Shown here piece by piece: positions 19,386-30,678 of a DNA stretch of 64,000 nt. The notes below the pieces were generated by a model. It did not search any database and was not told the origin of the DNA. It saw nothing but the letters and a program-made list of their open reading frames with translations. Source of the stretch: Sneathiellales bacterium. Lineage in GTDB: Bacteria > Pseudomonadota > Alphaproteobacteria > JANQFL01. Position numbers and translations under genes: made by a program. The stretch is from contig JANQFL010000011.1 in NCBI GenBank assembly GCA_028277845.1, positions 200,887 to 264,886 of the forward strand, written 5' to 3'. The stretch's first letter is position 1. Every line of letters begins with the position of its first letter.

Positions 19386-22300
19386 CTAGAATTCGCTCCA
19401 GTCGGGGTCGTCCTCGACGGCGTCACTGATCGCCGCCTGCATTTCGGCGACGGCCACGCCGCCACCGCCACCTGCCGCGGCAACTTTCTGCATGGGAACA
19501 GGCTGACTCTTCGCTTGCGGTACCGGCGACTCGCCGCCGCCCGAAGCACCGGCGGCAACACCGTCGCTCAATCCGCCCTCAATGGAGAAGAACTCCATGC
19601 GGCTGTGCATGTTCCGCGATTGGTCTTCCAGTGTCTTGGCGGCCGCGGCGTTCTCCTCGACCAGGGCCGAGTTCTGCTGGGTCATCTCGTCCATTTGCGA
19701 TACGGCCGAATTGATCTGCTCGACACCGGTGGACTGCTCGTTGCTGGCGGCAGCGATCTCCGAGACGATATCGGTGACCCGCTTGATGGAGTCGACGATC
19801 TCGTTGAGAGACTCGCCGGCCGCGTTGACCAGCTTGACGCCGCCTTGGACCTGATTGCCGCTATCGACGATGAGCGATTTGATGTCCTTGGCCGCCTGGG
19901 ACGACCTCTGTGCCAGGGTACGAACCTCTGAGGCCACAACGGCAAAGCCCTTGCCGGCGTCGCCGGCCCTGGCGGCTTCCACCGCGGCATTGAGGGCCAG
20001 CAGGTTGGTCTGGAAGGCGATTTCGTCGATCACGCCGATGATGTCGGATATCTTCTGCGAAGAATCCTCGATCTTCGACATGGCATCGACCGCTTCACCG
20101 ACCACATTGCCGCCATTGGTGGCAATGTCGCGGGCGCTGATGGCCAACTGGTTGGCCTGCTGGGCGTTTTCGGCGTTCTGCTTGACCGTGGAGGCCATTT
20201 CCTCCATGGACGCGGCGGTTTCCTCCAGATTCGACGCCTGTTGTTCCGTGCGCTGAGACAGATCGGCGCTACCGTTGGAGATTTCCGAGGCGGCGTTGGC
20301 CACTTCGTTGGCCGCCACCATGATCTCGGTGACGATCTCGCTTAACTTGGTCGACGTGGTGTTGGCGTCGTTCTTCAGCGATTCGAACGCACCGCTGTAA
20401 TCCTTCGTAATGCGCTCGTTGAGATTACCGTCGGACAGGGCGCCCAGCACGCGGCCTACATCCTCCACCGCGTCGGCGACATTGGACGAGAGGCTGTTCA
20501 TGGCCTCGGCCAGCGTCTTCATGAAGCCGTCCTTACCGTCCAGCCCAATGCGGCGGCTGAAATCACCGGCGATGGCCGCCTGCACGACTTCGTCGACCTC
20601 GCTTTCGACCAGCTTCTCCTGGGTGATGTCCTTCCACTCGACGACGGTGCCGATGCGGTCGCCGTTATCGGGATCGATCACCGGATTACCGACCAGATTG
20701 AAGAACCGGCCCGCCGGCGAAATTTCGGCCTCGTACGTACCCGACATTTTCTCGAGCAAACCGCGCTGGTGCGCCGGGTTTTTGTGGAAGGTATCCATGT
20801 TGGTGCCGATCAGATTGGCGATGTCCAACTGGGGCAGTTCCTTCTTCAGGTCGGATTCCGCGTTGCGCAGCATGTCGACCATGGTCTTGTTCATGTAGAC
20901 GATATCGAAATTGCCGTCGGCGACCATGACGTTGGTCTTGCAGTTGTCGAGGGCGATCCGGATACGCAGATTCTCCTGGGCGGCGCGTTTTTCTTCACGC
21001 TCCCGGGCCAAACGCTCGGTCTTGTCGTCCCATTCGACGACGGTGCCGAGACGATTGCCGTTTTCGTCCAGTACCGGGTTGGCGATCAATCCGAACGTAC
21101 GTCCGGCCACTTCGATATCCGTGGCGTGGGTATCCTTCAGATTGGCGATCATCTGGCGCTGATGGGACGGATCCTTGTGGAAAACATCCACGTTGGTGCC
21201 CATTAGTTTGCCGCTGTCGAAATGGGTCAATTCCTTGGTCAGATCGGCTTCGGCGTTTCGCATCATCTCGTGCATCGTCTGGTTCATGTAGACGATGTTC
21301 ATGTCGTCGTCGGCGACCATGACGTTGGTGTTGCAGTTGTCGAGCGCAATCTTGATGCGCAGGTTATCGCGCGCCACCAACTCCTGTTCCAACTTGCGAT
21401 CCTTGAACACCTGAACGGCGCTGGCCAGGACACCGAACTCGTCACGCCGGCCCAGTCCCGGAACCGGTACGTCCTCGCCGTCGGCCAGTTGCGTCACGGC
21501 ATCGCTGATGGCCTGTACGGGTCGGGACACCGTGCGGGCCAGGAAGAAGCCGATGGTGCCGACACCCAGCACACTACCCAGGGTGATCAGCAGAATGAGA
21601 TTTCGCATATCCCGGACCGGCGCCTCGATTTCCTCCAGCTCGGCTTCCATGATCAGGGCATAGTTATGGCCATGGAACTCGAAAGGCAGATACGAGGACA
21701 GTACTTCGGTGCCGTGATAGCCGGTGATGATCCGGGTACCGGATTCACCGTTGAGGGCGGCCGTGACGGTTTCGGTGTCGACCTTCTGTTTGAGAACAGT
21801 CGATTCCTTCATCAGCCGCGAGTCGTTCCGCATAAAACGGTCTTCACCGACCAGGAACGCCTCGCCGGTTTCACCCAATCCATGCGATAGACCGAGCACT
21901 TTGTTGAACTTGTCCGTCGGCATCATGACGGCCAGTACGCCGATCGGATTGCCACCCTCATCGAGCACGATGGTCGACATGAAGCTGGCCGGGTCCCCGT
22001 GGGACGGCTCGTAGGGCTTGAAGTCGTAATAGGACTGATACTCCGGACTGGGATTATTGCGTGCCGCCCGGTAGGCATTGCCCAGGTCGGTTTCGCGCCA
22101 CCGCCCGGTCATCACGTTGGTTGCGAAGTCCGTTTCCTTGAACACCGAATAGACCAGATTGCCGTCCATATCGAACAGAAAGACGTCATGGTAGCCGTGC
22201 TCGTGCATCACGTCGCGGAACCAGGGGTGAAACCGGCGATGGATTTCGCTATAGGCGCTGCCATCGGGCGCGGCGTCGTACCTGTCTTTCTCGGCAACGG

Positions 22301-22688
22301 GATTAGGGTTCTCCTGGATATACAGTTTTTGCAGCGTCCGGGTCTGATTGCCAACCAACGCATTCCAGCCGCGGGTAAACTCGGAAACCGCCTCGCGGAC
22401 GGCCAGGTTGGTCGACATCAAGTGCAGATCGTGTTCGATGCTTTCAAGATATTCCTTGAGGTCGACGTGGCGGGTATCGAGCAGGGAACTGATGCGCAGT
22501 TCCGCTTCCTTGCGGACCTCGATCTCTGAGGACACATAGCTGCCGACGCCGACGCCCAATGCCGCCAGCAATGCAGCGCCGGCAATGATCAGCGGCAGTT
22601 TCGTGCCGACATTCATGTCAAGTTTCAGCCAGCGGCGCTTGGCCTTGGGTTCGGCGATCTCTACATCGTCGATCGTGGTGGTGGTCAT
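19386..22688 (-). CDS. Methyl-accepting chemotaxis protein with periplasmic Cache-like sensor, HAMP, two PAS domains and MCP signalling domain
   Basis: Likely start MTTTTIDD at 22688 with a GAGGAA Shine-Dalgarno sequence. The track ORF extends to 22847, overlapping cheW. It has a TM helix near the N-terminus, a second TM around residue 400, and repeated PAS-like segments. The tip reads [43 protein letters not shown]. Confidence 0.85.
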   Translation of the reverse strand: MTTTTIDDVEIAEPKAKRRWLKLDMNVGTKLPLIIAGAALLAALGVGVGSYVSSEIEVRKEAELRISSLLDTRHVDLKEYLESIEHDLHLMSTNLAVREAVSEFTRGWNALVGNQTRTLQKLYIQENPNPVAEKDRYDAAPDGSAYSEIHRRFHPWFRDVMHEHGYHDVFLFDMDGNLVYSVFKETDFATNVMTGRWRETDLGNAYRAARNNPSPEYQSYYDFKPYEPSHGDPASFMSTIVLDEGGNPIGVLAVMMPTDKFNKVLGLSHGLGETGEAFLVGEDRFMRNDSRLMKESTVLKQKVDTETVTAALNGESGTRIITGYHGTEVLSSYLPFEFHGHNYALIMEAELEEIEAPVRDMRNLILLITLGSVLGVGTIGFFLARTVSRPVQAISDAVTQLADGEDVPVPGLGRRDEFGVLASAVQVFKDRKLEQELVARDNLRIKIALDNCNTNVMVADDDMNIVYMNQTMHEMMRNAEADLTKELTHFDSGKLMGTNVDVFHKDPSHQRQMIANLKDTHATDIEVAGRTFGLIANPVLDENGNRLGTVVEWDDKTERLAREREEKRAAQENLRIRIALDNCKTNVMVADGNFDIVYMNKTMVDMLRNAESDLKKELPQLDIANLIGTNMDTFHKNPAHQRGLLEKMSGTYEAEISPAGRFFNLVGNPVIDPDNGDRIGTVVEWKDITQEKLVESEVDEVVQAAIAGDFSRRIGLDGKDGFMKTLAEAMNSLSSNVADAVEDVGRVLGALSDGNLNERITKDYSGAFESLKNDANTTSTKLSEIVTEIMVAANEVANAASEISNGSADLSQRTEQQASNLEETAASMEEMASTVKQNAENAQQANQLAISARDIATNGGNVVGEAVDAMSKIEDSSQKISDIIGVIDEIAFQTNLLALNAAVEAARAGDAGKGFAVVASEVRTLAQRSSQAAKDIKSLIVDSGNQVQGGVKLVNAAGESLNEIVDSIKRVTDIVSEIAAASNEQSTGVEQINSAVSQMDEMTQQNSALVEENAAAAKTLEDQSRNMHSRMEFFSIEGGLSDGVAAGASGGGESPVPQAKSQPVPMQKVAAAGGGGGVAVAEMQAAISDAVEDDPDWSEF

Positions 22689-22722
22689 TGCGGGTTCCTC
22701 GAATGAAGTGTTTTTGATTACG

Positions 22723-23301
22723 TTATGCGTTAGCGATCTCGGCGGCGGCGGCAACCGTGTCGATGTCGCCGGCAAACAATTCTCCCAGGTTGAGTAACGC
22801 GACCATGCTGTCGTTGATCGATACGAGCCCGGACAGGAATTGCGCATCGTTCGTTCGTTCCATCTCGGGCACCGGCCGGATTTCTTCGCTGCCGACCGTC
22901 AGAATGTCGGATACGGCGTCAACCAACAGTCCGACGATGCGTTCGCCGATGCTGACGATGATGACGACATGCGTGGGCGTCGCTTCGGTCGATCCCATGC
23001 CGAACCGGCAGCGCATATCAAAGATCGGCACGATGACACCGCGCAGGTTCAGCACACCCCGCATGTACTCCGGTTGATTCGGCAGCGACGTCACTTCGGT
23101 CCACCCCTTGATCTCCCGCACTGAAATGATATCGACGGCGTATTCCTCGCTGCCGATGGTAAAGCTGATGAACTGACACGTTTCACCTGAGCTTTCCGCC
23201 TGTTCCTCTTCCCGCCAGCCGTCGCCGGATGCCATGGCGGCATTGGGACCTGTTGCGGTTGGGTCCTGCGATTCGATTTGGGTCTGGTCAGTCAGTTCCA
23301 T
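22723..23301 (-). CDS. cheW: Chemotaxis coupling protein CheW
   Basis: CheW fold ([22 protein letters not shown]...[16 protein letters not shown]). The start is uncertain (it may be an internal Met). It overlaps the cheA stop. Confidence 0.8.
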   Translation of the reverse strand: MELTDQTQIESQDPTATGPNAAMASGDGWREEEQAESSGETCQFISFTIGSEEYAVDIISVREIKGWTEVTSLPNQPEYMRGVLNLRGVIVPIFDMRCRFGMGSTEATPTHVVIIVSIGERIVGLLVDAVSDILTVGSEEIRPVPEMERTNDAQFLSGLVSINDSMVALLNLGELFAGDIDTVAAAAEIANA

Positions 23302-25508
23302 GACTGTGGCTCCGGGTTTGCGTTGTCAGAAGTGGGGACGGGCGGACGTCCGATAGCGAGCGCGGTCGCATCAGTCGGAGGGGTCAGTTCGCTACCGGAC
23401 GCCGCCCGAACCGGAGGGGAGGTAGCCTGAGTGCCCAGGCCGCCGTTGGTGCGGCATGGGCCGAGGGATGCGCTCTCCAAGGCGTCGAGGTCGAGGATCA
23501 GAGCCACCCGGCCGTTGCCGAGAATGGTGGCGCCCGAAATACCGTCGACCGGATCGTAATTGGCTTCAAGGCTCTTGATGACGACCTGCTGCTGGCCCAG
23601 CAGTTCGTCGACAAACACGCCGATACGGCTGCCGTTCTCGGTTTCGACAAGTACGACCAACCCGCTGGAGGGATCGGTGATGGCGTCCGGAACGTCGAAC
23701 TGGCGATGCAGATAGACCATGCGGATATAGTCGCCGCGGATCGACACAACCTCGCTTTGGTTGACCAGGGTGTGGATGTCATTGGGTTCCGGCCGCAGGG
23801 TCTCGACGATGCTGGTCAAAGGCAGGACGTATTTCTCGGCACCGACCGCGACGATCATTCCGTCCAGCACCGCCAGGGTCAGCGGTAGGGTCAGGGAGAA
23901 CCGGCTGCCTTTGCCGGGAACCGAATCCACCGACACGCGGCCGCCGAGATTGGCGATGTTGCGTCGGACCACGTCCATGCCGACGCCGCGGCCCGATACA
24001 TCGGTGACCTCGTCGGCCGTCGAAAAGCCGGCCTCGAAGATCAGGTTGTCGATCTCCTCGTCGGCCGGATGGGCATCGGCGGCGACGATACCGCGTTCGA
24101 CCGCCTTGGCCAGAACCTTTTCACGGTCGATGCCGCGACCGTCGTCCTCGATCTGGATCAGGATCCGACCGCCCCGATGTTCGGCGGACAGCTTGATACG
24201 GCCTTCGGCGGGTTTGCCGGCGGCCTGCCGTTCCTCGGGCGATTCCAGACCGTGGTCCAGGGAGTTACGGATCATGTGCGTCAATGGATCACCGAGTTCC
24301 TCGATCACCGTCTTGTCGATCTCCGTTTCCTCGCCGCTGGTTTCCAGAACCACCTTCTTGCCCAATTTGGACGACAGGTCGCGGACGATCCTGGGCATGC
24401 GCGAAAAAACGGATTTCACCGGCTGCATGCGGATGGCCATGACGCCTTCCTGCAGTTCCCGCGTATGAAGTGCGAGATCCTCGAGGCCTTGCATGGGTAC
24501 GCCGGCACCCTCGCCGGTGTTGTCCAGAACCTGCTGGCGCAGCATGGCCTGCGTGATGACCAGTTCGCCTACCATGTTGACGAGGCGGTCGATGCGATCG
24601 AGGTCCACCCGGATGGAATTGACCTTCGAGCGTTTACCCGAACCGCCGTCGCCGGCTTGGGCGGACGGCTGTTTGGCCTTCTGCGCCTTATCGTCCTTGG
24701 CAGCCGCGGTAACGCTCGGCTCGTCGTTGTTCCGAGAGGGTGCGTCTTCGCTGCCTGGTGTCGCCGTGATGTCCAAGTCGCAATCGTCGACGACAAACTC
24801 GAAGACCTCCTCGATGGCCTGCAAAGGCTGATCGCTGGTCAACACGAACGTCCAGCCAATATAGGCCTGCTCGGGATCGAGGGACTGCAAGGGCGGCAGC
24901 TTCGCACAGTCGGGTTTGGCGACGACATCGCCCAGCCGACGCAGTTCGCGGACCAGAAGCAGAGGTTCGTTGGCGTGACGAAACAGGTCGGCGTGTGGCC
25001 GGAATACGATGGTGTAGATCATTGTTCCGGTGTCTTGCGGCGCGCTCGGGCCGGCATCTTGCGTGTCTGCGGCGGGGCCATCATCGGCGCCGGATACGCC
25101 TTTGATGACGTCGATCTGGTTCTGGATCTGCTCCAGTGTGTCGGAACCGAAACCGTCCTCGACTGCGCGATTGTCCTGCGCCGCGTCGACCAGGTCTGCG
25201 ACGATGTCCGCGGCCTTGATCAATAGCTGGCACACCTCGTCGGTCACCTCGGCTTCGCCCGCACGAAGTAGGTCGAGCAGGTTCTCGAACGCGTGGCTGA
25301 ACTCGACCAGCTCGACAAACTTGAATGCCCCGGCGCCGGCCTTGATGGAATGAATCGCCCGGAAGATGGCATTCATGTCCTCGGAATCGATGTGCGCCGC
25401 ATCAAGCGACGTCAGCCGATTTTCGAGATCGCTGAGCAGTTCGGCGCATTCTTCGAAGAATGTCGCGGCAAACTGTGCGAGGGGATCTGCTGGGTTTTTC
25501 TCGGTCAT
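23292..25508 (-). CDS. cheA: Chemotaxis histidine kinase CheA
   Basis: Hpt domain with phospho-His (IFRAIHSIKAGAGAF), a P2 linker, the dimerisation domain, the HATPase (DDGRGIDREKV...GRGVGMDVV) and a C-terminal CheW-like domain. Confidence 0.9.
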   Translation of the reverse strand: MTEKNPADPLAQFAATFFEECAELLSDLENRLTSLDAAHIDSEDMNAIFRAIHSIKAGAGAFKFVELVEFSHAFENLLDLLRAGEAEVTDEVCQLLIKAADIVADLVDAAQDNRAVEDGFGSDTLEQIQNQIDVIKGVSGADDGPAADTQDAGPSAPQDTGTMIYTIVFRPHADLFRHANEPLLLVRELRRLGDVVAKPDCAKLPPLQSLDPEQAYIGWTFVLTSDQPLQAIEEVFEFVVDDCDLDITATPGSEDAPSRNNDEPSVTAAAKDDKAQKAKQPSAQAGDGGSGKRSKVNSIRVDLDRIDRLVNMVGELVITQAMLRQQVLDNTGEGAGVPMQGLEDLALHTRELQEGVMAIRMQPVKSVFSRMPRIVRDLSSKLGKKVVLETSGEETEIDKTVIEELGDPLTHMIRNSLDHGLESPEERQAAGKPAEGRIKLSAEHRGGRILIQIEDDGRGIDREKVLAKAVERGIVAADAHPADEEIDNLIFEAGFSTADEVTDVSGRGVGMDVVRRNIANLGGRVSVDSVPGKGSRFSLTLPLTLAVLDGMIVAVGAEKYVLPLTSIVETLRPEPNDIHTLVNQSEVVSIRGDYIRMVYLHRQFDVPDAITDPSSGLVVLVETENGSRIGVFVDELLGQQQVVIKSLEANYDPVDGISGATILGNGRVALILDLDALESASLGPCRTNGGLGTQATSPPVRAASGSELTPPTDATALAIGRPPVPTSDNANPEPQSWN

Positions 25509-25522
25509 GGCACGTTTCGAAG

Positions 25523-25888
25523 TCAGCCGCAGACCTTGCCGACGACTTGCAGCAGTTTTTCCGGTTCAAACGGTTTGACGATCCAACCGGTGGCGCCGGC
25601 GGCGCGGCCTTCGGACTTTTTCTGGTCATCCGATTCCGTGGTCAGAATCAGTATGGGTGTCGTGCGATGGCTGGGATTTTCGCGCAGCTTTTTGACCAGC
25701 GTAATGCCATCCATGTTCGGCATGTTGATGTCGGTGATCACCAGATCGACCCGTCCGTCACCCAGCGTGGACAGGGCGTTGACGCCGTCATCGGCTTCAA
25801 TGACGTCATAGCCGGCGTTCTTGAGCGTGAAACAAACCATGTCGCGCATGGTCTTGGAATCGTCGACCGTCAATACGCGTTTCGACAT
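25523..25888 (-). CDS. cheY: Chemotaxis response regulator CheY
   Basis: 121 aa. Contains DDS, DLVITDINMPNMDG and the KPF motif. Confidence 0.9.
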   Translation of the reverse strand: MSKRVLTVDDSKTMRDMVCFTLKNAGYDVIEADDGVNALSTLGDGRVDLVITDINMPNMDGITLVKKLRENPSHRTTPILILTTESDDQKKSEGRAAGATGWIVKPFEPEKLLQVVGKVCG

Positions 25889-26200
25889 TTACTCGTCCCT
25901 CCAGTCATTCAACTCGGCGGCAAATCCCAAGTCCACGAACGCCTTCTGCAGTACATCCGACGGTGTAACCATGATCAGTCTGCGATTTCCGGCGCGCAGG
26001 ATTTCTGACGCTGAGAGCAGGACCTGCAATCCGGGCGTGTCGATCCTTTCGACCGCGGCACCTTGAACGGCGACGTCACCGGTGCCGCTGACCGCATCAA
26101 GCAGGGCATCCTTTAGGGTCTCCGCCGAAACCAAGTCGATTATGGGAATCAGAGTGACCTGGGAATGGTCGTTCCGATGCTCCACCGCAAAGTCACCCAC
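25889..26200 (-). CDS. STAS-domain protein (anti-sigma-factor-antagonist-like), first gene of the che operon
   Basis: 103-aa SpoIIAA-like fold. It abuts the cheY start. Confidence 0.65.
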   Translation of the reverse strand: MGDFAVEHRNDHSQVTLIPIIDLVSAETLKDALLDAVSGTGDVAVQGAAVERIDTPGLQVLLSASEILRAGNRRLIMVTPSDVLQKAFVDLGFAAELNDWRDE

Positions 26201-26634
26201 ACCGCAACCTCATACGTCCTTTGTATTAGTTTCAATTTTGAGAAGAGCGCCGCGGTACAAATTTTTAGTTGCACTTCGGCTCCTTTCGGTGGGCAAATTT
26301 TGAAATTCGATTGGTTAAAAAATGCTTATCCATATCTATTTCTAGGGATTTTACGCGCTGTAATTGCATACTATTGATTGTAAAATTAAGCCTTATTGCG
26401 AGAATTTGAGTAGAAATAGGAACTTATGTCACGATATTCGTTACAAACACACGCAATGCTTGATTTATTAGACCATCCTCAATCCACACACCTTCCGATC
26501 GGTTTTTCTACTTTATTGATATAATTCCTTTGATTATGTCGCGTGGCGTTCATTTCATCAGTCGGCGCACGTCTCCAGTGGCGCGGCCACCGCCGGGACT
26601 GAAAGTCTGTTGACGCAGGTCACTCACATTTCGC
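26201..26634. promoter_or_regulatory. AT-rich (about 35% GC) 430-bp divergent intergenic region between the che operon and the TetR gene
   Basis: A strong compositional dip relative to about 65% GC flanks. Multiple A/T tracts. Presumed promoters for both divergent operons. Confidence 0.4.
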
Positions 26635-26679
26635 ATGATAGTCATCATACGAAACAGTCATGCAGCTCCTGAGCCGGAA

Positions 26680-27315
26680 ATGAACAACTGTGGTTCCCGC
26701 GCGCAACGCAAGGCAGAGACCCGGCAGGCCATTGTGGCATCCGCGGCACGGTTATTCCGCCAACATGGCATAGAAGGCACGTCCGTCGCCGATGTCATGT
26801 CCGATGCCGGCCTGACGCACGGCGGATTTTACAGTCATTTCGCCGACAAGAACGCCCTGGTGGCGGAGGCCTTTGCGTTTGCAGCGCGGCAACGCGACAG
26901 TTGGTTTTCCGGTTTGGAGAATTCCGATCGCCAGGGTTGGCTGGCCCGTGTGACCAAGCGGTATCTGAACAAGCGGCACCGCGATAATCCTCAGGAAGGG
27001 TGCCCTTTTCCGGCCATGTGTTACGAAATGGCGGATCTCCCCAAAGACCATCGCGCCAGCGTCGACGCAGCCATCGAAGAAGCCGTCAGGCGCATAGCGC
27101 CCAATGTGGCGGACGAACGAGACCCGTCCGGGAAACACACCGCGCTGGCCTTGCTCTCCTTATTCGCCGGCGCGACGCTGTTGTCCCGCTCCGTCAACTC
27201 CGAAGCGCTTGCGGACGCATTGCTTGAAGCGGGCCGCCGGTTCGTTCTGCCGCAAGATACCTGCGCCCCGTCACATGCCTCACCACACACGCAAGACAAC
27301 AGGGAAGCCGAATGA
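26680..27315 (+). CDS. TetR/AcrR family transcriptional regulator
   Basis: N-terminal HTH (RQAIVASAARLFRQHGIEGTSVADVMSDAGLTHGGFYSHF). The track ORF starts at 26635, but the first ATG (MNNCGS) is preferred. Confidence 0.75.
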   Translation: MNNCGSRAQRKAETRQAIVASAARLFRQHGIEGTSVADVMSDAGLTHGGFYSHFADKNALVAEAFAFAARQRDSWFSGLENSDRQGWLARVTKRYLNKRHRDNPQEGCPFPAMCYEMADLPKDHRASVDAAIEEAVRRIAPNVADERDPSGKHTALALLSLFAGATLLSRSVNSEALADALLEAGRRFVLPQDTCAPSHASPHTQDNREAE

Positions 27316-28106
27316 CCTACGAAACACTCCGATTCGAGCAAAGCGACGGTGTCGCGACCATCACGCTCAGCCGTCCGGACGACGCCAATGCCCTCGACAA
27401 GACCATGGCACGGGAACTGATGGATGCCGCGTTTCGCTGCGACGAAAGTCAAAGCGTTCGGTCCGTCCTGCTGACGGGAACCGGATCCATGTTCTGTGCC
27501 GGGGGCGATCTCAAGTATTTTCAATCTGTAGGCACCGAAAATCTCGGCACGACACTGAAAGAAGTCGCCACGTATCTGCACGTTGCCATTTCCCATTTTC
27601 AGCGCATGCGGGCGCCGCTCGTCATCGCCGTCAACGGTACGGCCGCGGGCGCCGGCATGAGTTTGGCGGTGACGGGCGACCTGGTGCTGGCCGCGGAGTC
27701 GGCCAAGTTCACCATGGCCTACACGGCCGCCGGTCTGTCGCCCGACGGCAGTTCGAGTTATTTCCTGCCCCGTTTGATCGGGTTGCGCCGTACCCAGGAA
27801 CTGATGATCACCAACCGGCGGCTCAGTGCCACCGAAGCCCTGGATTGGGGACTGGTGACACAGGTCGTCGGTGACGATGACCTTACCCAAACCGCCGGCG
27901 ATCTGGCGGCCCGCCTGGCTGCCGGGCCGACCAATTCCTACGGCGTGGTCAAATCGCTGCTCGTCGACACCTACGGCAACACCTTGGAAAGCCAGATGGA
28001 AATCGAAGGCCGCAGGATCGCCGAATCAGCCGTGACTCCGGATGGGCTGGAAGGCGTAGCGGCATTTACCGAAAAACGCAAACCCGCCTTCACCGGCGCC
28101 CGCTAG
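27312..28106 (+). CDS. Enoyl-CoA hydratase/isomerase (crotonase family)
   Basis: [13 protein letters not shown]...CAGGDLK...[15 protein letters not shown] hallmarks. Its start overlaps the TetR stop. Confidence 0.85.
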   Translation: MTYETLRFEQSDGVATITLSRPDDANALDKTMARELMDAAFRCDESQSVRSVLLTGTGSMFCAGGDLKYFQSVGTENLGTTLKEVATYLHVAISHFQRMRAPLVIAVNGTAAGAGMSLAVTGDLVLAAESAKFTMAYTAAGLSPDGSSSYFLPRLIGLRRTQELMITNRRLSATEALDWGLVTQVVGDDDLTQTAGDLAARLAAGPTNSYGVVKSLLVDTYGNTLESQMEIEGRRIAESAVTPDGLEGVAAFTEKRKPAFTGAR

Positions 28107-28132
28107 GCCCACAAGCATCAGGGGATCTCATC

Positions 28133-29008
28133 GTGATTTCAGCCGAAGAACACCCGAAACAATTCCGCACCGTTCTGGGTAAACGCATGGCCTATGTGGA
28201 ATTTGGCGACGGCGACCCGATCGTGTTTCTGCATGGCAATCCGACGTCGTCCTATCTTTGGCGCAACATCATGCCCTACATGAAGGATATGGGGCGGTGC
28301 CTGGCGCCAGATCTGATCGGCATGGGCGACTCCGAAAAGCTCGACGAGCCCGGTCCGGACAGCTACCGGTTCGTCGAACACCGGAAATATCTCGACGCCC
28401 TGCTGGATGATTTGGATGTCCGCGAGAACGTGACGTTCGTCATTCACGACTGGGGGTCGGCACTCGGCTTCGACTGGGCCAACCGGCACCGGGACGCGGT
28501 GCGCGGCATTGTTTACATGGAAGGCATCGTGCGGCCGGTCACCTGGGCCGACTGGCCCGATGCGGCGCGTCAGGTGTTCCAGGGCTTCCGCTCCAAGGCC
28601 GGCGAGGGCATGGTGCTGGAAAACAACGTCTTCGTGGAGCGGGTTCTGCCCGGTTCGATTCTGCGCAAAATGACCGACGCGGAGATGGCCGTATACCGGC
28701 GGCCGTTCCTGAATACGGGCGAGGACCGGCGACCCACCCTGACTTGGCCGCGCCAAATCCCCATTGAAGGGGAACCCGCCGACGTCACGGAAATCGTCCA
28801 GGCCTATTCCGATTGGATGAGCGCCAACGATTTACCCAAACTGTTCGTCAACGCCGAACCCGGCGCCATTCTGACCGGTCCGCAAAGGGAGTTTTGCCGG
28901 AGCTGGAACAATCAGACCGAGGTAACCGTCAAGGGCAGCCACTTCATTCAGGAAGACTCGCCGGATGATATCGGCCGGGCCATCGCCGAATGGCTTGCCG
29001 GCCTGTAA
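28133..29008 (+). CDS. Haloalkane dehalogenase (alpha/beta hydrolase)
   Basis: [16 protein letters not shown]...[11 protein letters not shown], with the nucleophile Asp in an HDWG context. About 290 aa, typical of the DhaA/DmbA subfamily. Confidence 0.8.
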   Translation: MISAEEHPKQFRTVLGKRMAYVEFGDGDPIVFLHGNPTSSYLWRNIMPYMKDMGRCLAPDLIGMGDSEKLDEPGPDSYRFVEHRKYLDALLDDLDVRENVTFVIHDWGSALGFDWANRHRDAVRGIVYMEGIVRPVTWADWPDAARQVFQGFRSKAGEGMVLENNVFVERVLPGSILRKMTDAEMAVYRRPFLNTGEDRRPTLTWPRQIPIEGEPADVTEIVQAYSDWMSANDLPKLFVNAEPGAILTGPQREFCRSWNNQTEVTVKGSHFIQEDSPDDIGRAIAEWLAGL

Positions 29009-29044
29009 TAGACGCCCATTCCCATCCAAAATTCGTATCGAGGA

Positions 29045-30022
29045 TTGATCATGCCGCTCCCCGCCTCCTTTCAGGGCACGCTCAGCGTGCCCGTCGTCGC
29101 CGCTCCCATGTTCCTCACCTCCGGTCCCGACCTGGTGGTCGAATGTTGCGTCAATGGGGTCGTCGGCACGTTCCCCGCCCTCAATCAGCGTACGACGGAG
29201 GATTTCGAGGCATGGGTGGTGGAAATCAAGGACCGGCTTGCGGCCTACGAGGCGGCGAACCCGGGCCGCAAGGCGGCTCCGTTCGGCGTCAACCTGATCG
29301 TGCACCACACCAACCCACGGGTCGAAGCCGACCTGGCCGTGTGCGTCAAACACGAAGTACCGCTGTTGATCACCTCGCTCGGCGCCGTGTCCGAGCTGGT
29401 CGACCAAGTGCATGGCTATGGCGGCGTCGTGTTCCACGACGTCACCAACGTGCGCCACGCCAGGAATGCCGCACGCGCCAATGTGGACGGCTTGATTTTG
29501 GTTTGCGCCGGAGCGGGCGGCCATGCGGGCGTGCTCAGCCCCTTCGCCCTGCTGCCGGAAATCCGGCAGTTCTTCGACGGCACGGTCCTGCTGGCCGGCG
29601 CCATTTCGGATGGCCGGCAAGTGGCCGCAGCGCAGGCCATGGGTGCCGATTTGGCCTATCTCGGAACCCGCTTCATTGCCACGCAGGAAAGCACGGTGCC
29701 GGAGGAAAACCGCTCCATGATCATCGGCAGCGCTGCCGCCGACATCATTTATACGCCCGCGATATCGGGTATTCCGGCCAATTTCCTGCGCAAGAGCATC
29801 GAGCAGGCCGGCCTCGATCCCGACAACCTACCGACGAAAAACGAGATCGACATGGGTGCCGAGCTGGACACGGAATCCCGGGCCTGGAAAAATATCTGGT
29901 CGGCGGGCCAGGGGGTCGGGTCCATCGACGATGTACCCACAACGGCCGACCTGTGCCGCAGACTGGGTGACGAGTACCGGGATGCCATCGCGGCGCTCAA
30001 CGCCAACGCCATCCGCACCTGA
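29045..30022 (+). CDS. Nitronate monooxygenase (2-nitropropane dioxygenase family)
   Basis: VVAAPMFLTSGPDLVVECCVNGVVGTF...GAGGHAG. A TIM-barrel FMN enzyme. The true start may be the ATG at 29051. Confidence 0.8.
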   Translation: MIMPLPASFQGTLSVPVVAAPMFLTSGPDLVVECCVNGVVGTFPALNQRTTEDFEAWVVEIKDRLAAYEAANPGRKAAPFGVNLIVHHTNPRVEADLAVCVKHEVPLLITSLGAVSELVDQVHGYGGVVFHDVTNVRHARNAARANVDGLILVCAGAGGHAGVLSPFALLPEIRQFFDGTVLLAGAISDGRQVAAAQAMGADLAYLGTRFIATQESTVPEENRSMIIGSAAADIIYTPAISGIPANFLRKSIEQAGLDPDNLPTKNEIDMGAELDTESRAWKNIWSAGQGVGSIDDVPTTADLCRRLGDEYRDAIAALNANAIRT

Positions 30023-30057
30023 CAGGCGCGGCCTCCCGGGCCATGCGCCGGTATGAA

Positions 30058-30657
30058 CTAACGGTTCTTGGTCTGGTTGAATTTCAGCTGTTCCTCGGTC
30101 AGCTGGAAGCCGACCAGGACGCCGACATCGGATGCTATTTCGCCCGGACCCAGGTTGAAGTCGACATCAAAAGCTTCCCTGCGGCGGGAAAGCTGGACGT
30201 TTTCCGGGAACCGTAGCAGCGTCTTGAACACCGCTTTGTCGCGGATTTCGCCGGTCCTGTCCATCTTGGCGACGAAAATGGGCAGGGCGATTTCCAGCGG
30301 CTTGGATCGCGGCGCAGCCGGGCCGCGCTTTGCCGCCACCTCGACAACGACGATCGCGCTGAGCGCGCCATCCTTGCCGTAGCGGCACTCCAGAGCGCCG
30401 CCGACGAAGTCCGCATCGAAGGTTACATCGATCAAATCACGGCCGATGCCGATCTTGAACGTGGTCATCGTATCCGTGTGTGGCGGAATGGCGATATTCG
30501 GGCAGACTTTGTCGGCACCGCCCGAGAACAACCCACCTGAGAACAGGTCTTCGGTCATCACGGCCGCGGTATCACATCCGCTCAACGCGGCGGCCCCGGC
30601 GACGGCCATGACAACACCGGCTAGCCGTGACGCCAAACTTCTTGGGGAACTGAGCAT
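30058..30657 (-). CDS. Putative lipoprotein (hypothetical)
   Basis: Signal peptide followed by the lipobox LSGC. No other recognisable motifs. Confidence 0.5.
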   Translation of the reverse strand: MLSSPRSLASRLAGVVMAVAGAAALSGCDTAAVMTEDLFSGGLFSGGADKVCPNIAIPPHTDTMTTFKIGIGRDLIDVTFDADFVGGALECRYGKDGALSAIVVVEVAAKRGPAAPRSKPLEIALPIFVAKMDRTGEIRDKAVFKTLLRFPENVQLSRRREAFDVDFNLGPGEIASDVGVLVGFQLTEEQLKFNQTKNR

Positions 30658-30678
30658 TATGATTGGCTGGCCCTGAAA

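Noticed and set aside
30022-30058. Possible terminator hairpin between the convergent NMO and lipoprotein genes (GGCGCGGCCTCCCGGGCCATGCGCC)
   Set aside because: The stem is imperfect and it lacks a T-tract, which is too weak to call.
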